Source of the DNA: a virus
Direction: 5' to 3' (one strand)
Virus record (IMG/VR): IMGVR_UViG_3300027743_000027
Span: 6,160-70,159 of that record
Length of the DNA: 64,000 bases
Shown: positions 57,206-64,000 of the stretch, in pieces
How positions within the stretch are numbered: position 1 is the stretch's first letter
Layout: every line of letters starts with the position of its first letter
Notes under the pieces: model-generated
What the model saw: the letters and a program-made list of their open reading frames with translations, nothing else
What the model was told of the DNA's origin: nothing
Database searches by the model: none
Position numbers and translations under genes: made by a program

Positions 57206-57571
57206 ATGAAGTGCGCAAGCTGCGGCTGGACGATGCTGCCGCCGCAATGTCAGAACCCCGACTGTACGCAAGGCAACAAGAAGCGCCGCCCACAGTTCCT
57301 GCCGCCGCTGCGGACCAGCCGTGGCCACGGCCCGGGTGCGCGGGTGCGCACGTACCAGGCGTCGGGTGACGTGACGCTCGAGAACTGGCGCGAGCAGGGC
57401 CGCGACGCGGGCTGGGACAACTACACCACCGAGGACTGCCGCCGCGAGTGGGCCGCGATGACGCCCGCGGAGCGCGCTCGCGTCGAGGCCGAGCTACGCG
57501 GCTGGGACGACGCACCCGAGCGCGTGCAGCAGGTGATCGAGCGCGGGCTCGAGCGACTGAACGATGGCTGA
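57206..57571 (+). CDS. Hypothetical protein with an N-terminal Zn finger
   Basis: RBS GAGGAG; MKCASCG...CQNPDC. Confidence 0.6.
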   Translation: MKCASCGWTMLPPQCQNPDCTQGNKKRRPQFLPPLRTSRGHGPGARVRTYQASGDVTLENWREQGRDAGWDNYTTEDCRREWAAMTPAERARVEAELRGWDDAPERVQQVIERGLERLNDG

Positions 57572-58181
57572 GTCTGAGATCGAGGCCGACACGCGACCGT
57601 CTCAAGACGAGATCGACATCATGCGGGTCACGATCAAGACGCAGAAGGAATGGGTCGACGGTTGCCACCGCGAACTGAAGGCCAAGGACGCTGAGATCGT
57701 GCATTTGCGCGACATCAACGCCGATCAGGATCACGCCCTCGATCAGGCGCGGCGTGAGATCGAGCGGCTGCAGACAGCCTACGCGCACGACATGGCCCTC
57801 GCCGCCGCTGAAGGCCAGGCCGACCACCAGGCCGCGCAGCGCCTGCGCTATGAGTTGGATAGCGTCGGTCCAGCAGTGGCGTTGTTGAACAGCCATGTCG
57901 AGCGACTGCAGGCCTACGCCGACGCCCACCCGTGCGACCACATGCCCGCGTGCGTCGACACGCGCCGCGACACGCTCGAGGCCGCGGGCGAGCCAGGCCC
58001 GTGCGAGGCCCGCATCTGGCACGGGCCGGGGCACCAGTCCAGCACACGCTGCCGCCTGCGCGGGCAGCACGAGGAGCACGAGGCGGTGTACGGCGAGTTC
58101 AGCCAGTTCGCCACCTGGCGCGACCAGCCCGACGGCAAGCTCACCTTCAGCGGCTACTTCGACGAGGCGCCACATGCCTGA
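57564..58181 (+). CDS. Coiled-coil protein with a C-terminal Cys/His domain
   Basis: Heptad region, then CEARIWHGPGHQS.T.C...H..H. Confidence 0.65.
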   Translation: MAESEIEADTRPSQDEIDIMRVTIKTQKEWVDGCHRELKAKDAEIVHLRDINADQDHALDQARREIERLQTAYAHDMALAAAEGQADHQAAQRLRYELDSVGPAVALLNSHVERLQAYADAHPCDHMPACVDTRRDTLEAAGEPGPCEARIWHGPGHQSSTRCRLRGQHEEHEAVYGEFSQFATWRDQPDGKLTFSGYFDEAPHA

Positions 58182-58325
58182 GCCGCCGTTCCAGCCGCTG
58201 CCAACCTGGCCCGGCGAGCCGTTCGGGGCCGTGCCGCCACCGCCCTTCGAGAACTTCTGCCTGACGCTCGAGCGGCGGCCTTCCCTTTCGCCTGAGTTGT
58301 CACCATCATCGGTTACTATCCCGCC

Positions 58326-58706
58326 ATGCCGAGGTCACGCATCAGTCAACCACCCAGCGACTGGTCGCCCGCAGGCCAACGCCTCGAAGAGGTGTTGATG
58401 GCCCAAGGGCGCCAGACCGACTGGCTAGCCGAGCGGCTGCGGATCAGCCGCAACTACCTGTACCGCATGCGCTTGAACCCGACCAACCCGATGTACCGCG
58501 TGCCGCAGGCGGGCCTGTGGGCCAGGTGTGAGCGCATCCTGGGTCTGGCATCAGGCGCCATCCAGCCCGCCGAGCGCGCCCGACCTGACCCGGCGGTGGC
58601 CGAGGCGCGGCTGAAGATTCGGCGCCAGGCCGCCGACGACCGTGGGCGCGCCGCCCGGGGCGCTCGCTTCAAGGAGCGCGTGCAGCAGATCGCGGTGACC
58701 GCGTAG
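58326..58706 (+). CDS. XRE/Cro-like HTH regulator (probably leaderless)
   Basis: L..QGR...WLAERL.ISRNYLYR; TACTAT 6 nt upstream, preceded by the operator-like GTCACCATCATCGGTTAC. Confidence 0.7.
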   Translation: MPRSRISQPPSDWSPAGQRLEEVLMAQGRQTDWLAERLRISRNYLYRMRLNPTNPMYRVPQAGLWARCERILGLASGAIQPAERARPDPAVAEARLKIRRQAADDRGRAARGARFKERVQQIAVTA

Positions 58707-58790
58707 GTCACAGAACTGCGCTGGCGATGGGTATCGAGCAGGCGAGCGCGACACGGCAGCCAGCACCAGCGCAGCCCAGGGAGGATACAC

Positions 58791-59192
58791 ATGGCAGATC
58801 AGGTTCTGACGGGGAAAGAGGAGAAGGTCATCCGCACGGTCGAGCGGACGCTCGAGGCCGTCCAGAGCGGCCACCAGCAGCCCGGCGTCAAGGTCACCAA
58901 CCTGTCGAGCGGCAAGATCCAGATCGAGGTCCACGCCTACGACGACGACATCTCGACCGCGGGCACGCTCGCGATGGCCGAGTACGACCGCGTGATGACG
59001 TGGGCGCTGAAGCAGCAGGGCCTGGTGGGCGTGCCCGAGGCCGAGCTACAGAAGCTGCGCTGGTACGCCAGCATCGGCCTGGCCGCCGAGGCCAAGCAGG
59101 AGCCCGCCAGCCAGGATCTCGAGCCCGACGACTTCCTGGCCAAGCTGGTGGCGGTCAACAACGCCGGGGTGCAGGTGACCGATGCCGACTGA
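58791..59192 (+). CDS. Hypothetical protein
   Basis: RBS GGGAGG. Confidence 0.65.
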   Translation: MADQVLTGKEEKVIRTVERTLEAVQSGHQQPGVKVTNLSSGKIQIEVHAYDDDISTAGTLAMAEYDRVMTWALKQQGLVGVPEAELQKLRWYASIGLAAEAKQEPASQDLEPDDFLAKLVAVNNAGVQVTDAD

Positions 59193-59427
59193 CCTCGATG
59201 CCGAGCGATTTGCCCTCACGGCCTGGGCAACGTCCGAGGCGGGCGCTCGAGCGATGTGGCAGGCCTGGTTCGACAGCATGGCCGCGCAGCATCTCGAGGT
59301 CGACCGCCACCACCAGCGCTGGGTGATCCTCGAGCCCGTCGAGCAGCGCTTCCACGGCCTGATGGCGCAGGCGTTCATGACGAGCGCCCTCGCGGCGCTC
59401 GCGGAGGAGGTGGCCAGTGGAGGATGA
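59182..59427 (+). CDS. Hypothetical protein
   Basis: Overlaps both neighbours; helical. Confidence 0.5.
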   Translation: MPTDLDAERFALTAWATSEAGARAMWQAWFDSMAAQHLEVDRHHQRWVILEPVEQRFHGLMAQAFMTSALAALAEEVASGG

Positions 59428-60163
59428 CGGGCTCTACAGGCTCCTGGCCGAGCCCTTCGGCGGCTACTACACCGCCGAGGGCGTCTTCGGCCCGTTCCTG
59501 TCGGGCGAGCAGGTCACGACGCGGCTGAACGAAGTCCTGGGCGTCGGCCTCTGGCAGTTCCACGTGATCCAGTTCAGCGTCGACCAGGCGGCGGATGAGG
59601 TCGTCGCGCTGGGCGAGCTACGCGCCTTCATCGACGGCCAGTGGATCACGCGCCAGCAGTTCGGTGGCCAGAAGATCAAGCGCCGCAAGGGCGGCGAGAT
59701 CAACAGCCTGGCCGACGACCACAAGGGCGCGGCCACCGACGCGATGAAGAAGTGCGCCAGCCTGCTGGGTGTCGGCCTGTACCTGATGGTCTCGAGCGCG
59801 ACCTGGCACCAGGGCGTGCCGCCGCGCCAGGCAGAAGCAGCCCGGACGGCCCGCACAGCGCGCCCAGCCGCAGCGGCCGCGAGCCAGGCACCTGCCAGAC
59901 CTGCGGCCGTACCTGCCGCGCCAGCGACCGCTGGGGACGCTCCCGCACAGGATAGACCCAGCGACGCGGCGACAGGCAGGCCGCCCAAGTGTATGCAGTG
60001 CGAGCAGCCGCTGGCCGAGGTGGCGATCCCGGCGAGAGGTGGCCGACCCGCCGAGAAGTGGACCGTCAACAAGCTGCGCTACCAGGGCCTGCGCAAGCAC
60101 GGCATGGTCCTGTGCAGCGACTGCTACCGCGCCGCCAATGCGCTCGCGGCGCAGGCGGGATAG
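59417..60163 (+). CDS. Rad52/Sak-like single-strand annealing protein
   Basis: V..RLNEVLG...W; R.Q.GG; KGAATDAMKKCASLLGVGLYL; C-terminal Zn finger. Confidence 0.85.
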   Translation: MEDDGLYRLLAEPFGGYYTAEGVFGPFLSGEQVTTRLNEVLGVGLWQFHVIQFSVDQAADEVVALGELRAFIDGQWITRQQFGGQKIKRRKGGEINSLADDHKGAATDAMKKCASLLGVGLYLMVSSATWHQGVPPRQAEAARTARTARPAAAAASQAPARPAAVPAAPATAGDAPAQDRPSDAATGRPPKCMQCEQPLAEVAIPARGGRPAEKWTVNKLRYQGLRKHGMVLCSDCYRAANALAAQAG

Positions 60164-60175
60164 ATTTCCGATGCG

Positions 60176-60631
60176 ATGGAGGACAACTTGATGGCGGACC
60201 AGCCGCTGGGCACGACGCGGCGGTGGGCCGCCGAGCCACTGTTCCCGGACCTGTTCCCGGAGCCCAAGGTCATGGAGGTGACCAAGCCGATGCCGCAGGT
60301 CAAGCTGCCGCCCGCGGAGGGCCTCGAGCGGCGCGAGGCGGGCATGGCGCAGGCCTGGGACAACACCCCGGAGAACTGGCGCACGGCGGCGCTGACGCTG
60401 CTCTACCAGCTTGCCCGGACGCAGGCCGAGGTGACTGCCGACGACCTGCAGGCGGTCCTGCCACCGCTGCCGCCAGAGGCGCACCCGAACGTCATGGGCG
60501 GCCTGTGGAGCGCGGGCGTCAAGCAGCGGCTGATCAGGCGCACCGACCGCACGATCATCAGCACCCGGCCGTCGGCGCACGCCCGGCGCGTGCCCGTGTA
60601 CGTCTCGCTGATCTACCGCCCACATGGCTGA
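60176..60631 (+). CDS. Hypothetical protein
   Basis: R..GMA.A.....W......TADD...HPN.MG...I...RP..H.R...VY.S phage motif. Confidence 0.65.
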   Translation: MEDNLMADQPLGTTRRWAAEPLFPDLFPEPKVMEVTKPMPQVKLPPAEGLERREAGMAQAWDNTPENWRTAALTLLYQLARTQAEVTADDLQAVLPPLPPEAHPNVMGGLWSAGVKQRLIRRTDRTIISTRPSAHARRVPVYVSLIYRPHG

Positions 60632-60833
60632 GTTCGCCTGGCCGTGGGAGACGCACGGTGGCAGCTTCGTCTGGGGCGATGCCAAGCTGGCCCGCCCGCG
60701 GCCGTCGGTGCTGCCCAGCCGCTGCTGCGAGGCAATGGACCCGGAGCAGACTGGCCGCTGCCGCGAGGGCTGCTGCGACGATTACCGCTGCCGGGCGTGC
60801 GGCAAGACGTGGCGCTACGAATGGCCTGACTGA
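60624..60833 (+). CDS. Small Cys-rich protein
   Basis: CC...C..GCCDDY.C..CG. Confidence 0.55.
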   Translation: MAEFAWPWETHGGSFVWGDAKLARPRPSVLPSRCCEAMDPEQTGRCREGCCDDYRCRACGKTWRYEWPD

Positions 60834-61057
60834 GCCCACATTGTGACGCCGGGAGGCCTTGAGTCGGCCTGCCTTGGCGGCGTTACCCTGAGCGGATTGT
60901 CCCTGGCGCTCGAGCGCGACGTGATCTGCGGGCCAACGGTCACCGTCGCTGGAAGGACTGCTCGAGCAGCCAGTCCGCCGAACTGAAGACAAAGAAAAAC
61001 CGCCACCCCAACGTCCTGGCAAGACCAAGGTGACGGCTTTCCGAAAGGAAAAGAACT

Positions 61058-61516
61058 GTGCCAAGTCTACAGCACCCGCCATCGGGTGCAAGCAATCACA
61101 ACGTAAACGCACAAGATGTTGTGGTCGACGGCGCGGGCCACACAAGCAGTGGCGATAACCACCCGTGGCCCGCCGAGGCCCGGCGTCTAGCGGCCGAGGC
61201 TCGCGAGGAGCACGGCGCGGACTGGGCGACGATGCCGACCTGGCTGCTGCGGTCGCAGTGGCTGCGTCGTCTCGAGCCACGCGTGACGGTCTTGCTGCTG
61301 ACGATGTCGACCGTCGTCACACCGCAGGGCGAGATGGTCATCAGCGAACGCGAGCTTGCCAATCGGCTGATGTGGCGCTTCGACGTGCTCGTGCGCGTGC
61401 TGGATGATGCGGAGGCGCACCGCCTGATCGAGCGCGTGTCGCTATCGGCACTGCCGACTGAAATGACCTGGCGCCTGACGTGGGTCTGGACGCAGTGGCA
61501 GGCGCTGCATGGATAG
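61058..61516 (+). CDS. wHTH-like protein upstream of the initiator
   Basis: RBS AAAGGA; S.RELA.RL......L......LIER. Confidence 0.55.
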   Translation: MPSLQHPPSGASNHNVNAQDVVVDGAGHTSSGDNHPWPAEARRLAAEAREEHGADWATMPTWLLRSQWLRRLEPRVTVLLLTMSTVVTPQGEMVISERELANRLMWRFDVLVRVLDDAEAHRLIERVSLSALPTEMTWRLTWVWTQWQALHG

Positions 61517-62348
61517 CCCAACCAGCGCGGTGGTCCCGCTGTCAATCCTGACCGACTCGCGGTTGGCGTGTAACGCCAAGGTCGGCCTGAGCATCATGGC
61601 GGCTTACGCGGCCAAGGGCGTCGTCACCATCAGCCAGGCTGAGGTCGCCGGGCTGATGGGCATCACGCCGCAGGCGCTGTCGCAGGCCATCCAGCCAGCC
61701 ATCGCAGCCGGGTTCCTCGAGCGCGTCAAGCGCGGCGGCGTCCTGACCTGGCGGTTGCCGTGGCATCAACCACAGCTTGACGGGCATCAAGTAGGGGTTG
61801 ATCACGATCAAGTAGGGGTTGATTCCTCGCGTGCGCGCACGCAGGCGCGGGTTAGTTCCCCTAGTCCCAGTACTAGTACTCCACGTACTACTCCACGTAG
61901 GGAATTAAGTCTGTCGGCTGAGGAAACCGCGAAGGTCCACGCTCGCTACGACCGTATCCTGGGCGCGGCGATGGTGACCAACCAGATCGCGATGGCGCTC
62001 AACTACGCCGCGGGCAAGGGCATCTACACCGACCACTACCGCATGGTCATGAACTGGCTGATCAAGCCCGAGCGCGAAGCCGAGCTACACGCCTTGCGGC
62101 TGGCCGAGCACACCGCCCGTATGGCCACCGAGCAGGCCCGCCTCGAGCGCGCCAAGGCACCGTATCGTCCTGCGGTGAGTGCCGAGCCCAAGCCGCTGAA
62201 GCTGACCAGCATCGACGAGATCGACCCACCCAGGCCCATCGAGATCGCCATCGACCGCTGGAAGCATGATCACCCCGACAAGTGGTTCGACGACCCGAAC
62301 CTCGACGACCTCAAGCCCTACCTGGCGGCGCTGGGCGTGGCCTCGTGA
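61509..62348 (+). CDS. Phage replication initiator (N-terminal wHTH) containing the probable origin
   Basis: ILTDSRL...AK...ISQAEVAGLMGIT..ALSQAI.....GFLER; internal iterons; directly upstream of the helicase. Confidence 0.8.
   Translation: MDSPTSAVVPLSILTDSRLACNAKVGLSIMAAYAAKGVVTISQAEVAGLMGITPQALSQAIQPAIAAGFLERVKRGGVLTWRLPWHQPQLDGHQVGVDHDQVGVDSSRARTQARVSSPSPSTSTPRTTPRRELSLSAEETAKVHARYDRILGAAMVTNQIAMALNYAAGKGIYTDHYRMVMNWLIKPEREAELHALRLAEHTARMATEQARLERAKAPYRPAVSAEPKPLKLTSIDEIDPPRPIEIAIDRWKHDHPDKWFDDPNLDDLKPYLAALGVAS
61765..61907. repeat. Iterons and adjacent AT-richer repeats (putative replication origin)
   Basis: ATCAA-N7-TTGA(T/C) at 61765, 61786 and 61807 (21-bp period; last two identical, ATCAAGTAGGGGTTGAT); then AGTACTAGTACT palindrome and TACTCCACGTA x2. 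Confidence 0.75.
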
Positions 62349-63913
62349 CCGAGGCGCCCGAGGTGGTCGCCAACGGCGTCGCCTACGCCGAGCCAGAGCC
62401 CGAGCCAGAGGAGGATGCGGGCCGCGACAGTACGCAACCGCCGCACGACGACGAGTCCGAGCGGGCCGTCTTCGGCGCCATCCTGAAGCGACCCGCGGCG
62501 GTCCGCGAGATCGTCGACCTGCTCGACGCCAAAGACTTCTACAGCCCGCGCCACCAGGCCATCTGGAAGGCGATGCAGGCCATCGAGGCCGACAACCAGC
62601 CCATCGACTACCACCTGCTGGCGGATCGACTGCACCAGCACGGCAGTTACGAGCAGGCGGGCGGGCTGCTGTACCTGAGCGAGATCAACCTGGCCACGCC
62701 CTCGAGCGCGCACATCGTCCACTACGCCAAGATCGTGGTCCGCGACGCGATGCTGCGGCGGCTGATCGCGCTGGCGCAGAACCTCGCCCAGGCGGCCTGG
62801 CGGGGCGATAAAGACCCGCTGGCGCTGCACGCCGAGATGGAGCGCCGCCTGGCCAAGCTGAGCCTGCGCGCCGTCGAGGATGACGGTGTCGACATGAGCG
62901 CCGCGACCGACCACGTCATGGCCACGCTGGTCCAAGACCGTGAGGCCTGGCGGACCTGGGATCACAGCAAGGGCGAGTACATGTCGGGCGCCAAGACGGG
63001 CTTCCGCAAGCTGGATCGGACGCTGATGGGCATGAAGCCCGGCGACCTGATCTACCTGGCCGCCCGCACCAGCGTCGGCAAGAGCATCATCGCCCAGCAG
63101 ATCGCGCTGAACGTGGCCGCGCACGAGGGCCTGGTCTACTACGCCAGCCTCGAGATGAGCCGCCTGAAGCTCATGCACCGGGCGCTGGTGATGCGCACGG
63201 GCGTGCCCCGCCACGAGCTAGGGCGTGGCAACGTCAGCGACGGCGAATACCAGGCCATCCAGAAGGCGGGCCTCGAGCTACGGCAGCTACCGCTGCGCTG
63301 GGACACCACCTCGCGGACCGTCGAGGAGATCCGCCGTCGAGCGCAGCGGTGGGCCGACCAGATGGGTCAGGCGCTGTCGCTGATCGTCGTCGACTACGTC
63401 CAACTCTTACGTGATCAGGTCTCACAGCGGTCAAACCGTTACGAAAACGTGAGCCTGGCCAGCCACAACCTGAAGGACATGGCCGAGGCGCTGCAGACGA
63501 CCGTCCTGGCGCCCGCGCAGGTCAGCCGCGAGGTGCTCAAGCGCGCCAGCAAGATGCCCGACCTGAGCGACCTGCGCGAGAGCGGCGACCTCGAGCAGGA
63601 TGCCGACATCGTCCTGGGCCTCGACCGCGCTGACTACCACGACCGCGACGCCGAGGATCACACGGCGACCATCGCCGTGCTCAAGGCCCGCGACCTGGCC
63701 GCCGACCGCGGGCGTGGCACGTTGATCCCGCTGGCCTGGCACCCGGAGCGCGAGATGTACGGCGACCTGTACGAGTCCGAGAACACCAACGTCGTGCCCT
63801 TCCGCCCGCGACCGATCCTGCACGACGACCTGCAGGCGCGCCTGGCCGACGCCGAGCGCGCTGTCGAGGACGAGACGCCCACGCCCGACGATCCGAATGG
63901 ACTTCCCTGGTGA
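62345..63913 (+). CDS. dnaB: DnaB-like replicative helicase
   Basis: PPH..E.E.AV.GAIL, DFY..RHQ.I, TGF..LD, AARTSVGKS (Walker A), SLEMS, IVVDYVQL, QVSR, LSDLRESGDLEQDADIV. Confidence 0.96.
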   Translation: MTEAPEVVANGVAYAEPEPEPEEDAGRDSTQPPHDDESERAVFGAILKRPAAVREIVDLLDAKDFYSPRHQAIWKAMQAIEADNQPIDYHLLADRLHQHGSYEQAGGLLYLSEINLATPSSAHIVHYAKIVVRDAMLRRLIALAQNLAQAAWRGDKDPLALHAEMERRLAKLSLRAVEDDGVDMSAATDHVMATLVQDREAWRTWDHSKGEYMSGAKTGFRKLDRTLMGMKPGDLIYLAARTSVGKSIIAQQIALNVAAHEGLVYYASLEMSRLKLMHRALVMRTGVPRHELGRGNVSDGEYQAIQKAGLELRQLPLRWDTTSRTVEEIRRRAQRWADQMGQALSLIVVDYVQLLRDQVSQRSNRYENVSLASHNLKDMAEALQTTVLAPAQVSREVLKRASKMPDLSDLRESGDLEQDADIVLGLDRADYHDRDAEDHTATIAVLKARDLAADRGRGTLIPLAWHPEREMYGDLYESENTNVVPFRPRPILHDDLQARLADAERAVEDETPTPDDPNGLPW

Positions 63914-64000
63914 GCACGCCCATCGCGGAGATCCGCGCCAGCATCGCCCGCCAGCTTGACGCCGCGCTGCCGAGGCTGCTCGACGAGGCACCGCAGACGC

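Noticed and set aside
1-64000. Alternative genetic code or stop-codon reassignment
   Set aside because: Genes are full length in the standard code and end in TGA, TAG or TAA with tight coupling.
63910-64000. Start of a further ORF (GTG AGC ACG CCC...) after dnaB
   Set aside because: Only about 30 codons are visible, too little to assign.

Overview
This 64 kb window is part of a high-GC tailed bacteriophage or prophage with a contractile (myovirus, PBSX/Xkd-like) tail. Essentially all credible genes are on the + strand. Gene order: (1) a giant polyvalent protein, open from base 1 to 6432, with about 15 KOW/SH3-like barrels, a HipA/PI3K-like kinase and a probable ADP-ribosyltransferase-fold C-terminus, followed by two small coupled ORFs; (2) an envelope cassette with a secreted Rpf-type muralytic enzyme and a Pro/Thr-rich membrane protein; (3) head genes (protease/scaffold, decoration, major capsid); (4) neck, sheath, tube, frameshifted chaperone, tape measure, LysM, hub and spike; (5) a ~10.5 kb fibre block, then baseplate wedge genes and a further fibre; (6) a split lysis module; (7) an early region of many small genes driven by repeated promoters that share an 18-bp operator-like element (C5 methyltransferase, HNH, ART-like, HAD, DUF932-like, a hidden Flp pilin, HTH proteins, Rad52/Sak-like annealase); (8) a replication initiator with internal iterons and a DnaB helicase. 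No terminase, portal, integrase, tRNA, rRNA or CRISPR array was seen. The host is probably a high-GC monoderm (Chloroflexota or Actinomycetota); this is inference. All family assignments come from motif recognition by eye, not from database searches.
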